The notes under the pieces were generated by a model that had not been told where the DNA came from, searched no databases, and saw nothing but the letters and a program-made list of their open reading frames with translations. The translations under genes and the position numbers were made by a program. Shown in pieces: positions 40,479 to 50,830 of a stretch of 64,000 nt of DNA (the first letter of the stretch is position 1; each line of letters begins with the position of its first letter). This DNA is from Oscillospiraceae bacterium (GTDB lineage Bacteria > Bacillota > Clostridia > Oscillospirales > CAG-272), in NCBI GenBank assembly GCA_015064205.1, contig SVSR01000001.1:151382-215381 (forward strand), given 5' to 3'.

Positions 40479-42239
40479 ATGAACAATAGTGAAGCAAAGC
40501 CGAAAAACACTAGACTTTTAAAAAGATTTGTTCCGTATTATAAAAAGTATTCAAAAACGCTGATACTTGATTTGTTGTGTGCGGCGCTGACGACCGTTTG
40601 TGAGCTCGTTTTACCACAGATAGTAAAAAGCATAACGGGTGCTGCAACAACGGATCTTGCGTCTCTTACCGTGTCGTTTATAATAAAATGCACACTCGTG
40701 TATCTTGTTTTGCGTATAATAGACGCTCTTGCATATAACTATATGGCAACGGTCGGTCATGTTATGGGAACAAGGATCGAAACTGATATGAGACGCGACT
40801 TTTTTGACCATCTTCAAAAGCTTTCCTTTTCATATTTTGACAATACCAAGGTAGGCTCACTTATGTCAAGACTGACAAGCGATCTTTTTGACGTTACCGA
40901 GTTTGCACACCATTGTCCCGAAGAATTTTTTATAGCCGGTATAAAGATCATAGGCTCGTTTATTATACTTTGTATGACCAATATACCGCTGACGCTTATA
41001 ACATTTTCAATAATACCGGTAATGATAGTCGTGCTCGTTCCTGTAAACCACAAAATGCGCGCAGGCTTCAAGGAGTCGAGAAAGACGATAGCCATACTTA
41101 ATTCTCAGATCGAGGACAGCCTTTTGGGTATCCATGAGGTAAAATCGTATGCGAATGAAAATATCGAAAAGGGAAAATTCGAAGAGGGTAATTTAAGCTT
41201 TCTGAGCATAAAAAAGCAGGTATACAGATATATGGGAACGTTCCAGTCGTCAACGCGCTTTTTTGACGGACTCTCCTATATCGTTGTAGTTTGCGCAGGC
41301 GCGCTATTTATGAAAAGCGGTGCTATAACCCCCGCTGATTTTGTTGCTTATCTCTTGTACGTTACAACGCTTCTTACAAGCGTACGCAGGATAGTTGAGT
41401 TTGCCGAGCAGTTCCAGAGAGGAATGACGGGCATTGAAAGATTTTGTGAGATAATGGATATCGAGCCTGATATCAAGGATATAAAGGGCGCAAAGGTGCT
41501 TGAAAACGTTCGCGGCGAGATCGTTATGGACGATATTACCTTCGGTTACGGTGACGATGACACAAAGGTCATATCAAACCTCACGCTTAATATAAAAGCG
41601 GGCGAGAATATAGCGCTTGTAGGCCCGTCCGGCGGCGGAAAAACAACGCTTTGCTCGCTTCTGCCGCGCTTTTACGATCTTGACTCAGGCAGGATAACAA
41701 TTGACGGCGAGGATATAACGAAGCTTACGCTTGAATCCCTGAGGCGCAATATCGGCGTTGTAAACCAGAACGTATACCTTTTCTCTTCAACTGTAAGAGA
41801 AAATATCGCATACGGCAAACCGGGTGCAACAGATGAAGAGATACGCGCGGCGGCAAAGCTTGCAGGAGCAGACGAGTTTATAGAAAAGCTTCCCGAGGGC
41901 TATGATACGTACGTTGGTGAGCGAGGAGTCAAGCTGTCGGGCGGTCAGAAGCAGAGAATATCTATCGCAAGAGTATTTCTGAAAAATCCGCCGATACTCA
42001 TTCTTGACGAAGCAACGAGTGCGCTTGATAACGAAAGCGAGCGCCTGGTTCAGAGCTCTCTTGAAAAGCTTGCACGCGGCAGAACGGTTATCACAATAGC
42101 ACACAGACTTACCACTATAAAGAACGCAGACCGCATAATCGTGCTTGACGAAAGCGGAATCGTTGAAGAAGGAGCCCATGATGAGCTTGTAGCCGACGGC
42201 GGCATGTACAGCGAGCTTTATAAGCTTTATTCTTGCTAA
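40479..42239 (+). CDS. ABC exporter, fused permease/ATPase
   Basis: TM domain plus GPSGGGKT, LSGGQKQR, LDEATSALD and AHRL motifs. Confidence 0.93.
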   Translation: MNNSEAKPKNTRLLKRFVPYYKKYSKTLILDLLCAALTTVCELVLPQIVKSITGAATTDLASLTVSFIIKCTLVYLVLRIIDALAYNYMATVGHVMGTRIETDMRRDFFDHLQKLSFSYFDNTKVGSLMSRLTSDLFDVTEFAHHCPEEFFIAGIKIIGSFIILCMTNIPLTLITFSIIPVMIVVLVPVNHKMRAGFKESRKTIAILNSQIEDSLLGIHEVKSYANENIEKGKFEEGNLSFLSIKKQVYRYMGTFQSSTRFFDGLSYIVVVCAGALFMKSGAITPADFVAYLLYVTTLLTSVRRIVEFAEQFQRGMTGIERFCEIMDIEPDIKDIKGAKVLENVRGEIVMDDITFGYGDDDTKVISNLTLNIKAGENIALVGPSGGGKTTLCSLLPRFYDLDSGRITIDGEDITKLTLESLRRNIGVVNQNVYLFSSTVRENIAYGKPGATDEEIRAAAKLAGADEFIEKLPEGYDTYVGERGVKLSGGQKQRISIARVFLKNPPILILDEATSALDNESERLVQSSLEKLARGRTVITIAHRLTTIKNADRIIVLDESGIVEEGAHDELVADGGMYSELYKLYSC

Positions 42240-42336
42240 AACAAGTCAAAGTATTTTTTACACAAGTTATTGAAATTATTACACATATTCAGTATAATTA
42301 AAACAATAAGTATTTATGGAAAGGAAGGTATTACTT

Positions 42337-43950
42337 ATGAAAAAAACTGTTAAACTTATCTGTATCGTTCTTGCTGTTATTATGACAGTGTTGCCGCTGA
42401 CGGGTTGTTCAGAGGCTGAACTCGGCCTCTTGGATATGATGGGGAAGCTTGTGTGTAACGGCGGAAGTGTGGATATTAAAGAAGAGTTTGTTATAGACTT
42501 AAGCGATATAGTAAGCGCCGGAGTGTATGCTTCTGTTTTCGACGATGAGCTTGCGCCTGAAAACTATCCTGATAAGCTGACTGTTACAATGACGGGAAAA
42601 CAGGATATTGACAATATGGCTATAGACAGTATCATTGAAATTAAGCTTGGCGAGCTTTTTAAATTAAGCTTTAAATACATAGTTGTTGATCAGACAATGT
42701 ACTGGGGTGATTTTGCTTTTGAATATGATGAAGAAGCATTAAGTCCTGCGCTTTTTGACAAAACTGCAAACGAGGATAACTTTTTGTTTTTAAGCATGCT
42801 TGAGAAGCTTGACGGTGTGGATTATTTTACATTTAATCCCGTGGAAATGTTAGAAAGTCTTTACTCAAGTTATGACATGTATGAAACAGAAGCAGGGACA
42901 AATGAAGAGCTTGCTGAAATAGATGCGCTTATTGGACTGTATGATCAGCTTATGCAGTTAATATATGATAACATGAGCGAGGTGTATCCTATAAGTATAG
43001 ACTTTATTAAAAATGCATTCTCAGGATATACTACGGGCGCTGTAACTAAGATAGAAAATGGCTATAAAATCAGCGCTGATGTAGAAGATATAGTTAATAT
43101 GTTATTTAACTATGTAGAGTACTTTTTTGAAAACTTAGATGTAGTTATTGAGTCTTATGTACGCTACTATGAAGAATTAGCAGAGATTGCCGGTGAAAAT
43201 GGTATGGAAGAGCTTGAAGAACTGATGGTTCTTCTCGGCGATGAAATGAGAGCTTCAATAGACCAAATTCCTGCAGAAGCAGAAGAATTTTCTCTTGATG
43301 AAATAGTTGATACTGAATCTGTTGAAGAATTCTGCCGCATGCTTGAAGGTACTGAAGCTGAGCTTGAGTATACTGAAGTTGATGGCGTGTTAACACAAAT
43401 AATGAATATGAACATAGTTGTGGAAGATATAATCGTTGCAAAGGTTGAGATGTTAAGCGAAGCGAAGCCTTGCGATGATTTTGAAGTAGTAGTGCCGTCT
43501 GATGCAACCACGATGACTTTATTTGAATCGGTTGCTTATTTAGCTTCTGCAAGCCAGATAGCTGAGTATTCTTATATTGAAGAAATGAGCATTACCTGGA
43601 ACGGAACTGAAGGCACAGCGCAGGTTTACGGTACGCTCCTTGGCGACGAGAGCGGAGATAAATACGCACTTGGCCTTTACGATTTCCACAATATTGACGG
43701 AAGTATGTATCTGCCCATGCGCCGTATTTGCGAGCGCTTCGGCGAAGTAGTAGATTGGGATGCTGTAAACGGCAAGGCGTACGTTGTGCGGGGAGAAGAA
43801 AAGATAGATATGACAGGTGTTATTATTGGTGATAAGACCTTTATCAAGATCCGCGATTTTGAAAAGCTCGGATACCTCGTTGATTATCAAGTTGATGAAA
43901 ACGGAGCTCCATGGGCGCTGATAAACGTAAATATAGATATGATGTTCTGA
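42337..43950 (+). CDS. Acidic lipoprotein with a C-terminal copper-amine-oxidase-N-like (stalk) domain
   Basis: Leader ending LTGC. C-terminal DGSMYLPMRRICERFGEVVDWD...KTFIKIRDFEKLGY. Confidence 0.65.
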   Translation: MKKTVKLICIVLAVIMTVLPLTGCSEAELGLLDMMGKLVCNGGSVDIKEEFVIDLSDIVSAGVYASVFDDELAPENYPDKLTVTMTGKQDIDNMAIDSIIEIKLGELFKLSFKYIVVDQTMYWGDFAFEYDEEALSPALFDKTANEDNFLFLSMLEKLDGVDYFTFNPVEMLESLYSSYDMYETEAGTNEELAEIDALIGLYDQLMQLIYDNMSEVYPISIDFIKNAFSGYTTGAVTKIENGYKISADVEDIVNMLFNYVEYFFENLDVVIESYVRYYEELAEIAGENGMEELEELMVLLGDEMRASIDQIPAEAEEFSLDEIVDTESVEEFCRMLEGTEAELEYTEVDGVLTQIMNMNIVVEDIIVAKVEMLSEAKPCDDFEVVVPSDATTMTLFESVAYLASASQIAEYSYIEEMSITWNGTEGTAQVYGTLLGDESGDKYALGLYDFHNIDGSMYLPMRRICERFGEVVDWDAVNGKAYVVRGEEKIDMTGVIIGDKTFIKIRDFEKLGYLVDYQVDENGAPWALINVNIDMMF

Positions 43951-43995
43951 TAAAAAATGGGCTGCAGTTTTCTGCAGCCCTTATTTTTTTAGTTT

Positions 43996-44727
43996 TTATA
44001 AAACGCAGCTCAGGAAATCCTTTGTACGCTGATTTTTGGGATTGTTGAATATCTCTTCCGGCGTGCCCTCTTCGGCGATAACACCGTCTGCGATAAATAC
44101 AACTCTGTCGGCAACGTCGCGCGCAAATCCCATTTCGTGAGTAACAACAACCATCGTCATTCCGGCATTTGCAAGCTCTCTCATAACAACCAGCACCTCG
44201 CCTACCATTTCAGGGTCAAGTGCACTTGTGGGCTCGTCAAAGAGCATGATATCGGGGTTCATTGCAAGCGCACGTGCTATGGCAACACGCTGTTGCTGAC
44301 CTCCGGACAGCTGATGCGGATACGCGTCAGCCTTATCTTCAAGACCAACACGCTTAAGCAGTTCCATCGCTTTCTTTTCTGCTTCATCGTTTGACATGAT
44401 CTTCAGATCGGTTGGTGCAAGCATAATGTTTTTCTTGACCGTGAGGTGAGCGAAAAGATTGAAATTCTGGAACACCATGCCTATATTGCGGCGTACTTTA
44501 TTAATGTCAACTTTTTTGTCTGTTATTTTAGTGCCGTCAATGTAGATTTCCCCGCCTGTCGGCTCCTCAAGACGGTTAAGACAACGCAAAAAAGTGGATT
44601 TTCCGCCGCCGGACGGACCGATCACACAAACAACCTCGCCCTCTTTTATCTCAATGTCGATTCCTTTTAAAACTTCGAGGTGCTTGAAATTTTTTACTAA
44701 GTTTTTAACTGTTATTTTTGCGTTCAT
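43996..44727 (-). CDS. Polar amino-acid ABC transporter ATPase (GlnQ-like)
   Basis: [27 protein letters not shown] and [11 protein letters not shown] motifs. Confidence 0.93.
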   Translation of the reverse strand: MNAKITVKNLVKNFKHLEVLKGIDIEIKEGEVVCVIGPSGGGKSTFLRCLNRLEEPTGGEIYIDGTKITDKKVDINKVRRNIGMVFQNFNLFAHLTVKKNIMLAPTDLKIMSNDEAEKKAMELLKRVGLEDKADAYPHQLSGGQQQRVAIARALAMNPDIMLFDEPTSALDPEMVGEVLVVMRELANAGMTMVVVTHEMGFARDVADRVVFIADGVIAEEGTPEEIFNNPKNQRTKDFLSCVL

Positions 44728-45403
44728 AATTAAGTCTCTTTTCCACAAAGTTTGAGAGGAGCATAAGTATTGACGTTACGATAAGATAGAATATCGCAAC
44801 AGTGAAGTAAGTGGCGAAAAACTCGTATGATGAGCCAACGTATACCTTGGCTTTGTTAACTATTTCCGCCATACCTATTGCGGAAAGGATAGAAGTATCC
44901 TTAACTGTTATAATAAATTGGTTAACCATAGAGGGAATGGCAACCTTGAGCGCCTGAGGCAGTACCACCTTGAACATCGTGTGAACAGGTGTCATACCAA
45001 GGCTTCTTGCGGCTTCTGTCTGACCCTTGCTCACGGCACTAAGCCCGCCTCTGAATATTTCGGAAAGGTATGCGCCTGCATTAAGGCTGAGCGTTATGAT
45101 ACCTGCGGTTGTTGCTGTAAGCCTGAAGCCTGGATCGAAAAACTCCTGTATAAGCTGAGGCATACCGAAATAAACGATAAATGCCTGAACTATCATAGGC
45201 GTGCCGCGTATTATCCATATGTAAAAGCCCGATATAAATCTGAATATCCAGAATTTCGATCTGCTGAGTAAACAGGATATAAATCCGATAACTACACCAA
45301 GCACGAGCGAAACTAGCGATATTACCACGGTAAGCCTGATTCCCTCAAATAAAAGAGGGAGCGCTTCACTTAAAACTCTTTCAAAATTCATATTACTTTC
45401 CAT
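44705..45403 (-). CDS. Polar amino-acid ABC transporter permease
   Basis: [28 protein letters not shown] and KDTS motifs. Confidence 0.93.
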   Translation of the reverse strand: MESNMNFERVLSEALPLLFEGIRLTVVISLVSLVLGVVIGFISCLLSRSKFWIFRFISGFYIWIIRGTPMIVQAFIVYFGMPQLIQEFFDPGFRLTATTAGIITLSLNAGAYLSEIFRGGLSAVSKGQTEAARSLGMTPVHTMFKVVLPQALKVAIPSMVNQFIITVKDTSILSAIGMAEIVNKAKVYVGSSYEFFATYFTVAIFYLIVTSILMLLSNFVEKRLNYERKNNS

Positions 45404-45486
45404 TCCGCTTATGCGGATACACTTATTTGTAAAAATCGTTCAGCATGGGTATTTTCCCATGCTGAATACTGTTTTTTTAGCTTTTA

Positions 45487-46248
45487 TCAATAGCCGTACT
45501 TAGCAAGTATTTCATCGTACTTGCCGTTTGCCTTGATGCTTGCAAGCCCTGCATTGAACTTTTCAATAAGTTCGGGATTTGTGCCCTTCTTAACTGCAAA
45601 ACCGTAGTAACCGGGGTTGATAACTTCACCGATAGTGGTAAGCTCAAGGCTTTCTTCCTTGATAGCCCAGCCTACAACAGAACGGTCTTCGATGCAGGCA
45701 TCGTTTGTGCCGTTAATAACTGCTGTGTACATTGTGGGTGAATCTTCGTAGAATACAACAGTAAATCCGTATTCATTTGCCATGGACTGCGCATATTCAG
45801 CACCCTGTGTGCTTGTTTTTGCGGCAACAGTTTTGCCTGCGAGGTCTTCAAAAGAAGCGATGTCGGAACCTGCTTTAACAACGAGGATCTGACCGTCTGC
45901 AAAATAGCCTTCTGAGAAATCGAATGTTTCTGCTCTCTTTTCTGTTATAGTCATACCTGCAATCATTCCGTCAGCCTGACCTGACTGAACCGCACCCATA
46001 GAAGCGTCGAAGCCTTCGTTCTTAACTTCATAAGTGAAGCCCTGATCTGCGGCAACAGCAGCAAGGATATCCATATCAACGCCGATATATGCCTTTGTTT
46101 CTTCATCATAAAACTCGAAAGGCGGGAATGAGTTATCCGAGTAGATTATGTAGTCCACAGCGTCGCCGTCTTTTGAACAAGCGATCATGCAGGAAAATGC
46201 GCAAACAAGAACGAGCGCAAGTGCAAGGATTCTGAATGTTGTTTTCAT
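45487..46248 (-). CDS. Amino-acid ABC transporter substrate-binding lipoprotein
   Basis: Lipobox-like MIAC. FPPFEF, GMTITEKR, FDFS and YGFAVKKG motifs. Confidence 0.92.
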   Translation of the reverse strand: MKTTFRILALALVLVCAFSCMIACSKDGDAVDYIIYSDNSFPPFEFYDEETKAYIGVDMDILAAVAADQGFTYEVKNEGFDASMGAVQSGQADGMIAGMTITEKRAETFDFSEGYFADGQILVVKAGSDIASFEDLAGKTVAAKTSTQGAEYAQSMANEYGFTVVFYEDSPTMYTAVINGTNDACIEDRSVVGWAIKEESLELTTIGEVINPGYYGFAVKKGTNPELIEKFNAGLASIKANGKYDEILAKYGY

Positions 46249-46374
46249 TGTTATTTCCTCCGAATGAATAATTTTTATAAATACTTTCATAGTATATCAT
46301 AAAAACACCCCTATGTCAACCGCCTTTATATCAAAAAATGCAGGATTTACCATAAATCCTGCATTTTTATTCCT

Positions 46375-47025
46375 CTAAAACATATCCCATACACCTTTCG
46401 GTGGGCTTTTTTCAAAAAGCATCAGCTCATTTGTCTGCGGATGAGTAAAAGCGAGGCGATATGACCAAAGTGCGATTGAGTTCCCTGCTTTCGCTCCGTA
46501 TTTTCTGTCGCCGTAAAGCGGAGTTTTGCGGGAGGAGAACTGAACGCGTATCTGATGCGATCTTCCGGTATGAAGACGGATTCTTACAAGAGAAAGAGTC
46601 AGAGTGTCTTTTTCTGCCGTTTTTATAACCTCATAATCTAAAGAAGCTTCGCGAACCCCCGAGCGCTTTCTTTGTACAACAAAAGATTTATTTTTCTTTG
46701 AGTCCTTAAACAAAAGATCCCTGTAAGTGCCAAAGTTTTTTTCAGGCTTTCCGATAACAACGGCTAAGTAATGCTTGTCAAGTTTGCCTTTTTGTATCAG
46801 CTCTGACATTTTTGCGGCGGCATCCCTGCTTTTAGCGAATACCATAACGCCGCCAACGCCGAAATCAAGCCTGTGAAGAGGATAAGCTGTTGCATTTTGC
46901 CTGCTTTCCGCATAGTATTTGTCAAGGTGCGAGAGGATATCGTTTCCGTCGGGGCTTTTTTCTGAGAGCATAAGAGGTTCTTTTACGCAAACGGTTATAT
47001 AATTATCGTCATAAAGTATTTCCAT
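46375..47025 (-). CDS. RluA-family pseudouridine synthase
   Basis: HRLD catalytic motif, TGRSHQIRVQ and GDRKYG. Confidence 0.92.
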   Translation of the reverse strand: MEILYDDNYITVCVKEPLMLSEKSPDGNDILSHLDKYYAESRQNATAYPLHRLDFGVGGVMVFAKSRDAAAKMSELIQKGKLDKHYLAVVIGKPEKNFGTYRDLLFKDSKKNKSFVVQRKRSGVREASLDYEVIKTAEKDTLTLSLVRIRLHTGRSHQIRVQFSSRKTPLYGDRKYGAKAGNSIALWSYRLAFTHPQTNELMLFEKSPPKGVWDMF

Positions 47026-47121
47026 AATTTTTCCTGAAATTATATTTACATTCTGTGTGCTTGACTTATTTTCTGTTTTGTGTTAATATAACTTTGTTAT
47101 ATAACATGGAGGTGAACTCTT

Positions 47122-47385
47122 GTGAAAATAAAAAACGTATTTGTAAAACGCGAGGTTGCAGGCAACAATGTTGTTGTTGCAATAGGCGAGGCGGCCGAAA
47201 AATTCAACGGTATGATGAAGCTTAACGATACGGGAAGCTTTATCTGGTCAAAGCTTGAAGAGGGCCTCGACAGAGATGATGTTGTCAAAAGCGTTGTTGA
47301 AGCTTACGACGTTGATGAAGCAACCGCCTCAAAGGGTGTAGATTCTTTTATTGCCGAGCTTGAAAAAATCGGCTGCATCGAATAA
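47122..47385 (+). CDS. Stand-alone PqqD-family (RiPP recognition element) protein
   Basis: REVAG..VVV, LNDTGSFIW.KL, YDVD...A..GVDSFIAEL pattern. GTG start after GGAGGTG. Confidence 0.82.
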   Translation: MKIKNVFVKREVAGNNVVVAIGEAAEKFNGMMKLNDTGSFIWSKLEEGLDRDDVVKSVVEAYDVDEATASKGVDSFIAELEKIGCIE

Positions 47386-47432
47386 TATAATTAAAAAGTA
47401 TGCCGCGCTCTATGGCGCGGCATACGCTTTTT

Positions 47433-48341
47433 TCAGAGCGAATCAATATATCTGCAGGCATTAACGGCGGCAATGGCACCGTCGCCCGTTGCAGTGGTTA
47501 TCTGGCGGACCGCCTTTGTACGGCAGTCTCCGGCAACGAATATGCCCGGAGTTTTCAATTTTAGGCTTTCATCGGAAACGATATATCCGTATTTGTCAAG
47601 CTCACATATATTTTCAAACGGCTTGTTTTCGGGAGCCTGACCGATTGCAACGAAAACCGTGTCGGCAACAATCTCGGTCTTTTTGTCTGTTACTGTATTC
47701 TTTATTATGAGTGACTCAAGCTTGTCTTTTCCGACAAGCTCGCAAACTGTATGATTTAAGATGATTTTTACGTTATCTTTTTTCTCGAGAATATCTGCAA
47801 GGCGCTTTTCGCCTGTGAGTGTGCTGAGATTTTGTATGATAGTTACGCTTTCGCAAATGTCGGAGAGCATTACGGCTTCCTGAAGCGCCGTGTTTCCGCC
47901 TCCGACAACGGCAACCTTCTGACCCTTGCAGAATGCGCCGTCGCAGACTGCGCAGTATGATACACCGTTGCCCACAAGCTCGTTTTCGCCCTCAAGTCCA
48001 AGCTGCCTGTGCTTGCTTCCTGCGGCGATTATAACTGCCTTAGACTCAAACTCCTTGCCGCTTTTGCACTTCACCTTTATATTATCACCGGGAGTAACTG
48101 ATACTACCTTTTCAAGCTCTATTTCACCGCCAAGCGAAATTGTCTGATCAATGAGCTTATCTGCAAATTCAGTTCCGCTCATTTCCTTGAATCCGGGATA
48201 GTTTTCAACCTTTGGCGAATGTGTTATCTGACCGCCGAAGGTCTCTTTTTCTATAATGAGAACGCTCTTGCCGAAGCGGAGCGCGTATATTGCCGCAGTC
48301 AGTCCCGCCGGGCCTGCGCCGATTACGATTATATCATGCAT
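47433..48341 (-). CDS. trxB: Thioredoxin reductase
   Basis: GAGPAG, VENYPG, GVSYCAVCDG, GGGNTA and AGD...QITTATGDG motifs. Confidence 0.9.
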   Translation of the reverse strand: MHDIIVIGAGPAGLTAAIYALRFGKSVLIIEKETFGGQITHSPKVENYPGFKEMSGTEFADKLIDQTISLGGEIELEKVVSVTPGDNIKVKCKSGKEFESKAVIIAAGSKHRQLGLEGENELVGNGVSYCAVCDGAFCKGQKVAVVGGGNTALQEAVMLSDICESVTIIQNLSTLTGEKRLADILEKKDNVKIILNHTVCELVGKDKLESLIIKNTVTDKKTEIVADTVFVAIGQAPENKPFENICELDKYGYIVSDESLKLKTPGIFVAGDCRTKAVRQITTATGDGAIAAVNACRYIDSL

Positions 48342-48417
48342 GGGTCTTTTCCTTTCATATACCTAAATAAAAGCGGGACGGCTTAAGTCCCGCTTTTATC
48401 ATTTTGTATTAAAGCAA

Positions 48418-50802
48418 TTAAGCGTTGAATTCTTCAGCAAACTTGATTATGTTTGAAAGATTTACGATCTTTTCTGCATCGTTGCCCTGTACTAAAACGA
48501 GAGTGGGGGCGGTGCGGATACCGTACTTTTCGGTGCTTGCTATATCTTCATCTGCATATACGGTAGTATAGGGAACGCCTGCTTTGTCGAGATAAGTTTT
48601 AGCTACCTTGCAGTTGGGGCATACCTTGTTGGCAAAGAGGATGATGGAATCTGCTTTTGCATTTGCAGAAACAACCGTTTCGGGAATCTCTTTTCCTGCT
48701 ATGATGTTTTCACCCTTCTTAGCCATAGAGCTTGCCGCATTGTAAACAACTCTGTGCTTGAATTCCTGGCTCTTACCGTCGTTCCAGTTCTGAACGGGGC
48801 GGTAGTAACCTGTGATACGGCTGTAAACTTCTGTTTTTGAACCGCACTCGGGGCACTCGTATACTTCGCCGCTGATATATCCGTGATTCTTACATACGGA
48901 ATATGTGGGCGAGAGTGTGTAATAAGGAAGCTTGTAGTTTTCAGCTATCTTCTTAACGAGAGCCGCTGCGCTCTTCCAGTCGGGAAGCTTTTCACCGAGG
49001 AATGCGTGGAATACTGTACCTGATGTGTAAAGTGTCTGGATCTCGTCTTGAATATCAAGAGCTGCGAAGATATCGTCGGTATAGCCAACGGGGAGATGAG
49101 ATGAGTTTGTGTAGTAAGGTGTTTCGTCTGCGCTCTTTGCAGCAGTCTTGAGTCCCGGGAATCTCTTTACGTCGTGCTTTGCAAGACGGAAGGAAGTTGA
49201 TTCAGCAGGAGTTGCTTCAAGGTTGTAAAGGTCGCCGTACTGCTCCTGATAGTCGGAAAGTCTCTCGCGCATGTGGTTGAGAACTTCCTTTGTAAATTCC
49301 TGAGTTTCGGGGTCTGTCATATCCTTGCCGAGCCACTTTGCGTTAAGACCAACCTCGTTCATACCGACAAGGCCGATAGTTGAGAAGTGGTTAGCAAACG
49401 TGCCGAGGTATCTCTTTGTGTACGGATAAAGACCTTCGTCAAGAAGCTTTGAGATAACGTTTCTCTTTATCTTGAGCGAACGGGCTGAAATATCCATCAT
49501 GTGGTCAAGGCGCTTATAGAAGTCTGCCTTGTCTTCGGCAAGATATGCGATACGCGGCATGTTTATCGTTACAACGCCAACGGAACCTGTGCTCTCGCCG
49601 CTTCCGAAGAAGCCGCCCGACTTCTTACGAAGCTCTCTGAGGTCGAGGCGCAGACGGCAGCACATACTGCGGATGTCGCTGGGCTCCATGTCGCTGTTGA
49701 TGTAGTTTGAGAAATAAGGAGTACCGTACTTTGAGGTCATTTCAAAGAGAAGCTTGTTGTTCTCGGTTTCAGACCAGTCGAAATCACGTGTAATAGAATA
49801 TGTGGGGATAGGATACTGGAAGCCGCGGCCGTTAGCGTCACCCTCGATCATCGTTTCGATGAACGCGCGGTTTACAAGGTCCATTTCGGCCTTACAATCC
49901 TTGTATTTGAAGTCCATTTCCTTGCCGCCTACGATTGCAGGAAGCTCAGCTAAGTCATTAGGTACCGTCCAGTCGAGCGTGATGTTCGAGAAGGGAGCCT
50001 GAGTACCCCATCTTGACGGAGTGTTAACGCCGTAAATGAAGGATTCTATGCACTTCTTAACCTGATCGTAGCTTAAATTGTCAACCTTAACGAAAGGAGC
50101 AAGATAAGTATCGAATGAAGAGAACGCCTGAGCGCCAGCCCATTCATTCTGCATGATACCTAAAAAGTTTACCATCTGGTTGCAGAGCGTTGCAAGATGC
50201 TTTGCAGGAGCAGAGGTGATCTTGCCTGTAACGCCGCCAAGACCTTCCTTGATAAGCTGCTTGAGCGACCAGCCTGCGCAGTAACCTGTAAGCATGGAGA
50301 GGTCGTGCAGGTGGATGTCAGCATTTCTGTGAGCATTAGCTATCTCGTCGTCATATATCTCGGAGAGCCAGTAGTTAGCTGTGATGGCGCCCGAGTTTGA
50401 AAGAATAAGACCGCCGACAGAGTAGGTAACTGTGGAGTTTTCCTTAACTCTCCAGTCGTTGTCCTTAACGTAGTCGTCAACTATCTTCTTATAGTCAAGG
50501 ATAGTGGACTTCATGTTACGGAGTTTTTCGCGCTGCTTTCTGTAAAGGATGTAGGCCTTTGCAACTTCTGCATATCCTGCCTTTACAAGAACAGATTCAA
50601 CGCTGTCCTGAATATCCTCAACGGCAACGAGACCTTCCTTTACCTTGGGGGCAAATTCAGCGGTAACCTTGAGTGCGAGAAAATCTATTATGCTGGGATG
50701 GAATTCGACTTCCTGTGCTTCAAAAGCGTGGGTAATTGCATCGGAAATTTTCGAAAGGTTGAAGTCGATAACCTTTCCGTCTCTTTTTAATACCTGATAC
50801 AT
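48418..50802 (-). CDS. nrdD: Class III (anaerobic) ribonucleoside-triphosphate reductase with ATP cone and C-terminal glutaredoxin-like domain
   Basis: VLKRDG ATP cone, SMCCRL finger loop, EATPAE, Zn site C..H/CPEC, YSRITGYYRPV glycyl radical loop. C-terminal CPNC...APTL. Confidence 0.93.
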   Translation of the reverse strand: MYQVLKRDGKVIDFNLSKISDAITHAFEAQEVEFHPSIIDFLALKVTAEFAPKVKEGLVAVEDIQDSVESVLVKAGYAEVAKAYILYRKQREKLRNMKSTILDYKKIVDDYVKDNDWRVKENSTVTYSVGGLILSNSGAITANYWLSEIYDDEIANAHRNADIHLHDLSMLTGYCAGWSLKQLIKEGLGGVTGKITSAPAKHLATLCNQMVNFLGIMQNEWAGAQAFSSFDTYLAPFVKVDNLSYDQVKKCIESFIYGVNTPSRWGTQAPFSNITLDWTVPNDLAELPAIVGGKEMDFKYKDCKAEMDLVNRAFIETMIEGDANGRGFQYPIPTYSITRDFDWSETENNKLLFEMTSKYGTPYFSNYINSDMEPSDIRSMCCRLRLDLRELRKKSGGFFGSGESTGSVGVVTINMPRIAYLAEDKADFYKRLDHMMDISARSLKIKRNVISKLLDEGLYPYTKRYLGTFANHFSTIGLVGMNEVGLNAKWLGKDMTDPETQEFTKEVLNHMRERLSDYQEQYGDLYNLEATPAESTSFRLAKHDVKRFPGLKTAAKSADETPYYTNSSHLPVGYTDDIFAALDIQDEIQTLYTSGTVFHAFLGEKLPDWKSAAALVKKIAENYKLPYYTLSPTYSVCKNHGYISGEVYECPECGSKTEVYSRITGYYRPVQNWNDGKSQEFKHRVVYNAASSMAKKGENIIAGKEIPETVVSANAKADSIILFANKVCPNCKVAKTYLDKAGVPYTTVYADEDIASTEKYGIRTAPTLVLVQGNDAEKIVNLSNIIKFAEEFNA

Positions 50803-50830
50803 TTTATATCTCCTTAAAATAATTTACTTT

